A DNA stretch of 44,000 nucleotides from Penicillus capitatus (Eukaryota; Plantae; Chlorophyta). Both the position numbers and the translations under genes were made by a program. Shown here piece by piece: positions 21,761 to 32,000 of the stretch; position 1 is the first letter of the stretch, and each line of letters opens with the position of its first letter. The DNA lies in NCBI GenBank assembly GCA_965649825.1, contig OZ287698.1, positions 1,658,768 through 1,702,767 on the forward strand, given 5' to 3'. The notes under the pieces were generated by a model that worked only from the letters and a program-made list of their open reading frames with translations, had not been told where the DNA came from and did no database searches.

Positions 21761-23070
21761 TAAATCCTGACCTAGCTCCCCTCAAAGTAACTAAACCATA
21801 TCCAGAGGTCTCTCGCCGGACGATCGGCACGTTTTGCTCGCTTCTGGTTACGATTCCCTCATGTCTGGATCGGAGGATTCGCAAATCTACATAACAGAAT
21901 CAACCTCGAACGAAGGCAATCTACTCGCCGCTGACTTGCTCTTCCTGTATGGGATCAGCAACTTGAAGATATTCACCTCATCGGAGATGTCAACGAAGCC
22001 GATGCAGAAATCTTTACATTGACACACGTCTTGGGAAACAGCGTTACGTCCACGACCACTCAAGATGGCAACAATCCGATTTACTGAAGCCGCAGGGTTT
22101 TTGTCTTCTCGAATTTGGTTTCGACCTATCTTAAGACTAATAAAAGGGATTTCATTGAACACCATATCTTCTTACTCCATAACCGACTCCTTGAGAATGA
22201 AAATGATGAAATCTCTCACTTCTGGAGTAAGTCTAAAAGATGGGTACTCGGATCGTCGTTCAGAATGACCCAAGCAGAAATGTTCTGCCAAGCTGCCGCT
22301 GCCGGATCGGAACTCCCCGTCACGGAACTTGACATAAGAGATCAGATTAGATTCCAACAAACAACTGTAAAGAGGCTATTCGTGAGATGCTAGATTCACG
22401 GACTCAGTCATATTTTTCCGAACAAGAAACTGGAAGTGCAGTTCTACAACTGGGACAACCCTTTGGTTCTGGTTCATGCTGGATGTTGAACCCTAATCAA
22501 TCGAGAGGTGAATCTTCACAGCTCAATATATTCGTCAATAATCACTTCAGATCTCAGGAATACTTTCACCGTTTCGACACCTCTGAAAGACACGCACTGT
22601 GCATACACTCTGTCAGACATTCCCAATTTAGAGATCACGTCTTACTGAGCTGCAGTCAATTTGACAGCGAGAGAAAAGAAAAAAGAGTTGTACGAAGAAT
22701 TAGGGGTGACTCAGAGCCAATTAATTTGGCCACACATTCTGGAAAGCCCTAAACGCCTTGCTGCTCCTTTGCTGAATTTCGTAAAACGTACGCTCAACAG
22801 ATGGATTTCTCTTCCCCTGACTTCCGATTCTTATCATACTCTGCAGAATAATTGTTTAGATGATCTTTCATCGTAAGAGGAAATGCCAAGTTCTCCAGCT
22901 GGCTGACATGCTCCACTTACCTTCCACCGAATCAGAAAAAAAGACAACTTGAGCTTTACTTTCGCTATTCCATCTCCACCCGTCCATAAACAAGGAATGT
23001 TTGGCAGATGGCAGTTACCAGGGTGGGCTGCTCACTAGGATCTTAAACTACGCCCTGCATGGCTGATATG
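21690..23070 (+). mobile_element. Possible heavily decayed non-LTR element fragment
   Basis: Stop-ridden plus-strand frames contain IHLIGDVN (APE GDxN-like) and YQGGLLTRILNYAL (RT QG-like). Motifs are weak and internal deletions would be required. Confidence 0.25.
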
Positions 23071-23110
23071 TTAAAGAAACAAAAGCCATGTAAAACTACC
23101 AACGTTATTA

Positions 23111-24221
23111 TTATTCATAGATCTGAATGACAAGGGCCCTTAAAGCCAATGCTCTGAAGAGAGCCTTACGTGGACACGGTCCCCTAGACCCGCTTCCAAA
23201 TTTTACCTTGCCGAACATTACGATTCTCTTTAACTCTCGCTTCCTGATATCCTAGTCCTCAATTTCTTCTTTTGAAGCTTCCTTATGTACAGGTCCTTGT
23301 GACTGCTGCCCATCATCATTATCACTCGTCTACTTCTCCTTTCGATAGGCGACTGTTACCAATGGATATATCATCTTGTTCTGCCTTAATGGCTGCCTCG
23401 GACGGCCCAGTCGTTATCAGGTCCTCGGGGCGAACTGCCACGAATTCAACGCTTGCGTCTTCAAAACTTCGTTGCGAACCGTAGATCCCCACGTTGTCTA
23501 CAACCCTTTCTGCACCCCGTTGGCGAAGGTCTGATTGTTCTCCTTGGCGGAAGCGGTTAAGACGCTCCTTAAAGGTCGGATAAAGTGGTGCGTAGTGGAC
23601 GATAGCACGCGGGATATCGTGCTCGGCGTCGTCGTTAGCCAGTATGATGATACGCCTCAGCGGAGAAAAAGGATAAGGATCAGCAACAGAAGTCTTACAA
23701 ATCCTTTTCGCGGAAGTCTTGAATGCATCCAAAATGTCCACCTTTGTACTCGTCTGACGACATGATTTTTTAGGCAGATGAGTCAACACGTAAGTAGAGC
23801 CAGAGAAAAGAGGCCCTTTCAAAAAACAAAACTCCCTTGACATGACAACGAGCGCCCTTTCCCTCAGATGGCCCGTAGGTGCCAAGGCAGTCACATCGCT
23901 AATGAGAACTTGGCGACAGTGGCATCCCTTGCTGCTAAATGTTTTGCCATGCGATCGATCTCTCTTTGTCGGGCTCAAAAAAATGAATCTTACTCTTTTT
24001 GTGATCAGTGCTGTCGTGCGCGCGGTGCGCGGTGGGTCGGGTGCCGTTGGCGCGCATGCGCGATTACGAGGCAACGGAGAACTGTTAGGACCGATAGGGT
24101 CGGCGATTGGTCCGAGCGCGTCGAGGCCGCGATGCGAGGAGAGTCGGACGGGTATTCTTTTAGGTGAGTCCGTACGCGAATATATAGGATAACGTCTTGT
24201 CATTCGACAGTGACGTTCCAT
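23111..24221 (-). pseudogene. Fanzor-like nuclease remnant 2 (RuvC-II region certain; the upstream 299-aa ORF is probably its N-terminal part)
   Basis: 23230 to 23111 reads KRIVMFGKVKFGSGSRGPCPRKALFRALALRALVIQIYE*, matching the Fanzor vvxfG...gpxPxkxlxrxl...idE pattern. The upstream ORF 23322-24221 ends with FVAVRPEDLITT, a possible decayed RuvC-I DPG motif, and is linked by a frameshift and stops. Confidence 0.62.
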
Positions 24222-24543
24222 GCTCTAACAGAACGAACGCGGATTAATATTGATAATGAATGTTTTTCTGATGTCAATTTCACAGTTTCTTCGCTGACAT
24301 GTCCTCATTTTAATCCATCAAATGCCTAAAAGCTCTTCGACTCTCACAGCTAGCGTTTCCGTTGAAGTCTTCACATAGCATGGCACTTTGGAACATGCGC
24401 TTAAGGAGCATCCAGCTTTATCGAATTTATTCGGAGCGACTCCATAGCTCATCCCCTTCTTTTTTGCCTTTCTCGGCTTTGAGACAAACATTCACCTTGG
24501 GCATTGATTAAAGACACATTTTTAAATTTTTGCGAGGCTACCT

Positions 24544-24762
24544 GTTTTCGGAGTTTGGCGGGAAGCGTGGTGTCGCCAAGATTTTGATTGGCGATGTGAC
24601 TGACTGCCTCGGTATTAATAGGTCATCTGTCGAGAAGGGAGCTTGGGGTCTTGTCAGATAAGTTCCCGGGCCGCGAAAGGGCCCTTTTCTTTGGTTTTGG
24701 CAATGAGCTAACTCATCTGTCTAGAAACGTCGCGTCACCACAGACACTCAGAGAGAACGACA
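24544..24762 (+). mobile_element. 3' end (PPT plus partial LTR) of a third element-1-family copy
   Basis: GTTTTCGGAGTTTGGCGGGAAGCGTGG|TGTCGCCAAGAT is identical to the element-1 PPT/LTR junction. The LTR starts at 24571. No matching 5' LTR or TSD was found. Confidence 0.75.
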
Positions 24763-25459
24763 CAAACAATCAATTGTAAAATTACAAAAATGAAATAGTC
24801 GCTCCGTCGCGCACGATGCTCCTGTCACATCGTTATCGTGGGCATCGACAGCGCGACTACGGTCTGCGACTGCCCTGAGCGGACGGAGGACGCAACACAA
24901 TGAAATCCCACGGAAACACGCGCGAAGGAAAACCCGGGTGCGAGCGTACAACGGTCGGCCTGACGGGCCCACAGGGGGATGTCTACGGGCGCCAGCAGCG
25001 ACGCCACAGCCTCATCGGGCTCGCGCTGCGCGCGCCACCCCGCCTGCTCGTCGAGGCCCCTCCGTGCCGTCGGCCGCGCACATCAGCCCAGGACAGTCAT
25101 CATGCCGTCGGTCTTCGGTCAGCCGGCTTCGTAGAGATCGTCGTCTCTCCGGCTGAGGTCTTCAGCAGCGTCTTCTACAAGTCGCTTGACGGGGTCGGAA
25201 TATCCGCGGGTCGGGTACCCACTGACGGCAGCACCTTGCCCCTCCACGTGTGGCATTGAGGGCGCCACTGCCCCGGAGGTCCACCAGTCTGGCGGGGATG
25301 CGTCTGACTTCGGCGCGACGCGGACGCGCCGACGCGTGTGCGAAAACGGAGGGACTGCAAGGAGTCAAAGCTGAGACTGATTACATGGCGCATACAATCG
25401 GTTAAGTACCCCTGGCACCCGCGGACCGCTGTCCCATCAGGAAGCGGACAGCCTGTCCG

Positions 25460-27360
25460 GTCCGCAAGGCCGCAACCGTTGTTGCGTACCCGTCACTTCT
25501 GTACGCTACCTTCGTGGCCTTCCTCGTCATTTTCGCAGGGTTGATGGGTGGGCTTACCCTAGGACTCATGCCACAGGACATCATGGACTCGATGGTCTCG
25601 TGGCCGCTACGGAACAAACCACGATGCTTGTCTCTCTGCATAGGTCCCCGAGCGCAGTGGTACCCAACGAGAGACAGCATTCGCGAAGAAAATACTACCC
25701 GTAAGACCAGCGACGTCACTATAACGCAGTGGAAGCTGCTGTGTTTGATAGGTCGTCGAGAACCCGCATTACACTGATACGCGCAAAAGCTGGTTTGTTA
25801 AAACAGGCAAACGTTGTTTGTTACAGACATCGAGTGTTCTCAAACCCCCTTTTATAGAGTTTCCCAGCATGACGTTATGATTGCGTCATGCTTCATGTCA
25901 TGATATCATCTTCTTCTTCAGTTCTTTTTCTTCCTTCAACTTCGTGGTAGTGACAACACATTGATTACACTTTTCCTTTGCAACGCCTTCGCCGTAGAGG
26001 TCTAAGCGCAAACGGGGTCACACTTTCGTCCGATGCAATGTCTTTCGGTGTAACCGATATTCTTGGACCGTTTGGTGCATAAAGTGACAGCTATTTGTGT
26101 TGTCTGTGACGCTGGTGCTCGTGTTTGGTGTGTCATATCCATACGGGCTGCTAAGCAGCGTAAACAGTGTGATGTAGGGGAGATTGTGCCACAGGCACTG
26201 TGTTGTCGCTACGGATTGATGATTGGAGCATACTCCGCGTCCTTTGCGATGTTCTTCAGACGCGTTACGTTTCCTATCGGCTGGCCGATCAGCAAAGTCC
26301 TCGATTGGGCAATCGGTCCTAACCATACCTTACCTTATCTCACTCTTCTCACTCTCACTCTCTGCCTCGCACTGTACTAGGCAATCTTCAAACGACCTGA
26401 AATGAAAGCGTTCGTCACTCTGCATTCTGGACTGGAAGGACTGGGTGGTGGATTGTCGGAAGACGAGGACAATGTGATTCTCAGGGCACTGGACATGCAA
26501 ACGAAGAAAGTGGAGAAGGCCATCACGCCTTTGGACAAAGTGTTTGTGTCGTCAGAAGATGACGTCTTAGATCATCCAACCATTGTCATTCGGTCGAGCG
26601 CGTTTGGCATCGGCCATGGGTGCCGCGTAGTGAATATTTTAAAAGCCAAAACGTTTGACACCTAATTCATCATGAAGTCTCTATTTATTGCTTCGATCGC
26701 AGCATCCCATCGGTCTTGTCTATCGCATCAGACTGTCATCTTTCCGATCCCTCGTCACCAATGTGACTATCATGGTTCCGCACCATGAGGAGTTCACACC
26801 ATTCAACGTATCGTCCAGACAGGACACAGTCACATTCCAGTTCATGCCGGACAGGACACAAAATCGATCCTGGGCCTCATTCTTGTCAAGGAGCTTACTA
26901 CGATTGATGCCGACGCCTTGATGAGTGTGAAAGATATGAAAATGCGAAGCATAGCATATCTACCTGCCAGTCAGCCACTGTACGATCTCCTCAATCTCTT
27001 CAAAACGGGTCGCAGTCATATGGCCATTCTGACCTAGGCGCCTTCGTCACATGGTGACTCACATGCAGATTGGACGGCCATTGAACAGGCATCACGCATG
27101 GAACCGGTCGGCATCGCGACGATCGAAGATCTTATCGAGGAACTCCTCCAGGGAGAGATCGTAGACGAGACCGATCAGGTTGTCGATAATCTCCAGACCG
27201 ATCGTGTCAACGTGTCTATCATGGCCAGTCGTTTGCCACCGCACGTTAAGAGACTCTGGACGAATTTCACTCCCACCACTCTGCACTCCAGACCCTCATT
27301 TCGAAATGCAAGTGGCCTGTTTGTAGTAGAGCCCTACGTGAGGCCCTTGTCTGTGATCTA
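25460..27360 (+). pseudogene. CNNM: CNNM/CorB-family DUF21 plus CBS-pair metal transporter, pseudogene
   Basis: FAGLMGGLTLGLM, ERSGT...AKKILPV, LITLFLCNA, PIFLDRL, GEIVPQA, GHSHIPV, LYDLLNLFKTGRSHMA and GIATIEDLIEELLQGEIVDETD. A 242-bp insertion lies in an exon (25714-25955), there is an in-frame TAG at 27035, and one splice acceptor near 26055 appears lost. Confidence 0.88.
25714..25955 (-). mobile_element. Solo-LTR-like insertion in a CNNM exon
   Basis: Inverted ends (C)GTCACTA...TAGTGACA. Carries the same purine tract, AGCATGACG-N9-CGTCATGCT and TATAAAAGGGGG module as 11580-11676. TSD not resolved. Confidence 0.65.
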
Positions 27361-27621
27361 GGTTGGCAGGACATCTAGCGTATCATCTCACGAAGAATTG
27401 CATTCTTCCATTCCTTTGCTTCAGAGACCGGGTAGCGCACAAAAATAGGATGTTTGTGATGTGACACCACAGCATCTCTTCTTTTATGCCTTGGTTGGCG
27501 AACGACGATTATTTTCTAATGAAGAGGACGTTAGCATTGTTCGTTTGTTCGTTCACTCCGTAGATGTGTGTGTTGTTCGTCTAGTAATTAAAACGCGTCG
27601 CTATCGTTACGTTCGCGACCA

Positions 27622-28234
27622 GTGGCGAATCGCGAAGAAGACGTCGCGTCTCTGAAAGAGCAGCTGCGTGAAGTCCATGCCGTCAATGAACATCTTCGCG
27701 AGCAGTTATTCGCCCTCCATGCCAAACGCGTTCGAATGGAGGGCTATCTGTTCAAGTACAGGTCCGATGCGATGGGACTGTTCGGCAGTTCCTGGGTCCG
27801 GTGTTTTTTCTCTCTGGTGGATACACTCCCAAATGCTTCGCCTCTGACAAAACGATGAACCTGATCCCGGAGAGCGAGACTCCTGTGCAAGGATGTGTGC
27901 TGCATTGGGAGGGCATGAAGAGAAAGAAGTTCTGAATTTTTGGCCTCAAAGACACATCCGGATGCGTCGTGCTGCGACTGAGCAAGAGCAATCGGTCCAT
28001 GGCGCAGAAATATTTCACCACATTCGAAACTGCGGGAGCAATTGGCCGAACTCCACGGGGCTTCCACGGATGAAGTCGATGCCCTTAGAGCTGAGACCGT
28101 CACCAGACGTCACATCTATGAAACGCACTACCGAGTGGCCAGACATCGTCGAAACACAATCCTCTCAAGACAAGAAGGATGTCCGACGTCCCATGGACGG
28201 ATCTTACACCAGTCTATCTACAGAACCGCGCTAG
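27622..28234 (+). pseudogene. Coiled-coil plus PH-domain protein, pseudogene
   Basis: RMEGYLFKYR...GLFGSSWVRCFFSL, then in a shifted frame FASDK...GCVLHWEGMKRKKF*IFGL...VVLRLS. TGA at 27933 at a probable Trp, and at least 2 frameshifts. Confidence 0.7.
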
Positions 28235-28270
28235 TATACTATATTCCGAGCGGGTCTTCCGACCCACGGA

Positions 28271-28555
28271 TCAATTGTTTGTTCGTTCAAGTCCTCGCAG
28301 GGACGAATCCACTACATCTAGTAGACTATCTATTGCCAATGACTCTGCTCTCAACTTCGCGCTCATGTTTTCTGCCTCTTCGAGCGCGTCGTGTGCGTTC
28401 GCGAAGAGCTTTCTTCTATAGTCACCAGCGTAGCCTACGCCGGGTTGTTGTTGCAATGTTTCTAGTCTTCGTCGCAGACTGGAGAGAATACTTTGTTCCA
28501 CGTCCTCGATCTCTAAAGATATTCTGGGCGCTTCTGTAGCAACCCCGTCGTCCAT
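28271..28555 (-). CDS. Short helical/coiled-coil ORF (94 aa), unknown; possibly a fragment
   Basis: ATG start and protein-like amphipathic composition. No family recognised. Confidence 0.3.
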   Translation of the reverse strand: MDDGVATEAPRISLEIEDVEQSILSSLRRRLETLQQQPGVGYAGDYRRKLFANAHDALEEAENMSAKLRAESLAIDSLLDVVDSSLRGLERTNN

Positions 28556-29068
28556 CGCGCTCGGTGACTTCTCCCCTAAGGCAGAAAACGGTCAAAGTGC
28601 GCGCTGTCGTCGATGACGTACCTAAGATCTCTCCGAGGCAACGCTCGAGAGCGATCTTGATTTGACCCATGCGCAGATGTTTATCGAGCATCCACTTTAT
28701 TATGAACTATCGGATGCGTTGACATTCAAGAATCTCTTCGTCTATTTCTTCTTTCAACGTTCGAGAAAATTTTGCTGGACGTCGACATGTTAGACAGAGA
28801 GGCGAGACAGACTCGCCGATTTTATAGCCAACGCAACGGTGAGATGATGATGAATATCATATCGTACATCCCCATGTGCCAGCGGCATGTGGGGGGAAGA
28901 CGGTGGAATGGAGCCGGAAGAGTCTCGGCAACTCGGAAGACTTATGTTGCCTTCCGAGTTCCAGATACAAGAATGGTCTTTCGAAGGCCATTCTTTGAAT
29001 TTCAGAGTCTTAAGGGAGGTCTTCCCGAAAATCACACCACCGCTAAGAACTCGCACACAGCCGGTAGC

Positions 29069-32000
29069 CGAGGGAACAAGGGTCCCCCCTTTGCTTCGCT
29101 TCCTCGCATCATCCGTCGGTCGCCGAAGGGAACAAGGGTCCCCCCTTTGCTTCGCTTTCGGACCCTAGCAAATGTGTCAACGCAACCGTAGCAAATGTGT
29201 CAACGCAACCGTAGCAAATGTGTCGATCGCCGGAGGGAACAAGGGTCCCCCTTTGCTTCGCTTCCTTGCACCATCCGTCGGTCAGCGACAGAAATTTTGT
29301 TACGACCCGCAGCCGCCGACGACTTTGGCGCCCGTTTTCAGTGGACAGCTGTCCACCTTCGTGCAGCTGTCCAAAGAATTGCATAGATTCTTACAATTAC
29401 TGTTCGAACAGTCTTCGTAATCCCTACGCATTCGTCGTTAACCCGTTGCCCGTCGACAAACACGACACCGTCCACCTACACTCGCGACGACTTCGCCGAG
29501 ACATTCGTCCCCGTCCACCTGACCTACATCTATACCCTCCGTGGAGCAAGCGGTGTGCTTCTACGAACCCATCGTCGCGACTGTTGACGGGCAGCACGCG
29601 TCGAGGATCGCGTGCTCTCGAACGTCCGGATGCGATCAGCTTCGGACCCGATCGGTCCGCCGGAAGCGTCCATCGTCCACTCCGCGCAGACCAGCAGCTG
29701 GTGTGCCGTCCCCTGCGACCATCCCGAAATCGACAGGCCGGTCACTGTAATCCGTCTCTCGGCTCCAGAAAAGGGGGTAAAGCGACTGTGACAGGTGCCT
29801 CGGCCTCAGAAACACCGGGAAATTCTGCTGTAACCCGGCCCTCGGCGTCAGAATCGGCAAGTGGGCTCGTGCAACCCGGCCATCGACTCCCGAACAGGGG
29901 ACGAGCTTCGGTGAATGAGAACGTGCCTGCGAACTGGGGCTAACACGTAATGCCAGCATCGGAGCGCACCGTCCAGCTTTCTGCGACGTCTGTCCCGTGC
30001 GTGGAGCGACTGGTGGGTGCAATGGACTCGACTTCGATCATATCGACAAGCGAACAAGTTCCGAGGACCGCGTGCTCTCGAACATGGCGAACGGATTCAA
30101 CTTCGGACATCATCCGTCACTCGCCGCGACCAATTGGACGCATGCGCGGGCAAAGTTGCTGGCGAAGTTTCTCGAACGAGCATCGGACATCGACCAGTCG
30201 ATTTGGTGCAACGCGTTAGACCGGTCGCGTACGGCGAGGCGACGAAGCCGTATGTACAACGCGGCGCAAATGTGTCAGCGCCGGAGGGAACAAGGGTCCC
30301 CCCTTTGCTTCTCTTCCTCGCACCATCCGTCGGTCGCCGGAGGGAACAAGGGTCCCCCTTTGCTTCTCTTCCTCGCATTATCCGTCAGTCAGCGACATTT
30401 AAATTGTTACGACCCGCAGCCGCCGACGACTTTGGCGCCCGTTTTCAGTGGACAGCTGTCCACCTTCGTGCAGCTGTCCAAAGAATTGCATAGATTCTTA
30501 CAATTACTGTTCGAACAGTCTTCGTAATCCCTACGCATTCGTCGTTAACCCGTTGCCCGTCGACAAACACGACACCGTCCACCTACACTCGCGACGACTT
30601 CGCCGAGACATTCGTCCCCGTCCACCTGACCTACATCTATACCCTCCGTGGAGCAAGCGGTGTGCTTCTACGAACCCATCGTCGCGACTGTTGACGGGCA
30701 GCACGCGTCGAGGATCGCGTGCTCTCGAACGTCCGGATGCGATCAGCTTCGGACCCGATCGGTCCGCCGGAAGCGTCCATCGTCCACTCCGCGCAGACCA
30801 GCAGCTGGTGTGCCGTCCCCTGCGACCATCCCGAAATCGACAGGCCGGTCACTGTAATCCGTCTCTCGGCTCCAGAAAAGGGGGTAAAGCGACTGTGACA
30901 GGTGCCTCGGCCTCAGAAACACCGGGAAATTCTGCTGTAACCCGGCCCTCGGCGTCAGAATCGGCAAGTGGGCTCGTGCAACCCGGCCATCGACTCCCGA
31001 ACAGGGGACGAGCTTCGGTGAATGAGAACGTGCCTGCGAACTGGGGCTAACACGTAATGCCAGCATCGGAGCGCACCGTCCAGCTTTCTGCGACGTCTGT
31101 CCCGTGCGTGGAGCGACTGGTGGGTGCAATGGACTCGACTTCGATCATATCGACAAGCGAACAAGTTCCGAGGACCGCGTGCTCTCGAACATGGCGAACG
31201 GATTCAACTTCGGACATCATCCGTCACTCGCCGCGACCAATTGGACGCATGCGCGGGCAAAGTTGCTGGCGAAGTTTCTCGAACGAGCATCGGACATCGA
31301 CCAGTCGATTTGGTGCAACTCGTTAGACCGGTCGCGTACGGCGAGGCGACGAAGCCGTATGTACAACGCGGCGCAAATGTGTCAGCGCCGGAGGGAACAA
31401 GGGTCCCCCCTTTGCTTCGCAACCGTAGCAAATGTGTCAGCGCAACCGTAGCAAATGTGTCAGCGCAACCGTAGCAAATGTGTCGGTCGCCGGAGGGAAC
31501 AAGGGTCCCCCCTTTGCTTCGCAACCGTAGCAAATGTGTCAGCGCAACCGTAGCAAATGTGTCGGTCGCCGGAGGGAACAAGGGTCCCCCCTTTGCTTCG
31601 CAACCGTAGCAAATGTGTCAGCGCAACCGTAGCAAATGTGTCAGCGCCGGAGGGAACAAGGGTCCCCCCTTTGCTTCGCAACCGTAGCAAATGTGTCAGC
31701 GCAACCGTAGCAAATGTGTCAGCGCAACCGTAGCAAATGTGTCGGTCGCCGGAGGGAACAAGGGTCCCCCCTTTGCTTCTCTTCCTCGCACCATCCGTCG
31801 GTCGCCGGAGGGAACAAGGGTCCCCCTTTGCTTCTCTTCCTCGCATTATCCGTCAGTCAGCGACATTTAAATTGTTACGACCCGCAGCCGCCGACGACTT
31901 TGGCGCCCGTTTTCAGTGGACAGCTGTCCACCTTCGTGCAGCTGTCCAAAGAATTGCATAGATTCTTACAATTACTGTTCGAACAGTCTTCGTAATCCCT

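Noticed and set aside
23322-24221. Tyrosine recombinase (SDLRQRGA resembling HSLRxGxA)
   Set aside because: The catalytic R/K, the H-x-x-R His and the GxW...Y motifs are absent. The downstream Fanzor motif gives a better explanation.
24825-25370. GC-rich minus-strand coding remnant
   Set aside because: It looks protein-like but has two in-frame TGAs and no recognisable motif, so it was not called as a feature.
4203-27935. Non-standard genetic code (TAA/TAG=Gln or TGA=Trp) explaining the in-frame stops
   Set aside because: All three stop types occur together with frameshifts, TAG replaces a conserved Trp in NLE1, and the long intact exons (e.g. 1396-2830) contain many Gln codons and no TAR.
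4130-28234. RIP-like or special C-to-T hypermutation
   Set aside because: Many lesions are transitions, but stop codons arise preferentially from CAA/CAG/CGA/TGG under any spectrum, and the young LTR pairs and array cores are essentially unmutated. This cannot be supported without paralogue alignments.
29625-29750. 5S rRNA in the array unit (GGATGCGATCA matches the start of plant/algal 5S)
   Set aside because: The match ends after 11 nt. There is no internal A/C box or 3' stem, and no snRNA or tRNA motif was recognised in the unit.
30448-31050. The repeated 200-aa 'MDSCPP' ORF and the 128-aa minus-strand ORF as real genes
   Set aside because: They have GTG or weak starts, low-complexity R/P/S composition typical of off-frame GC-rich DNA and no motif. 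Their identity between copies only reflects array homogenisation.
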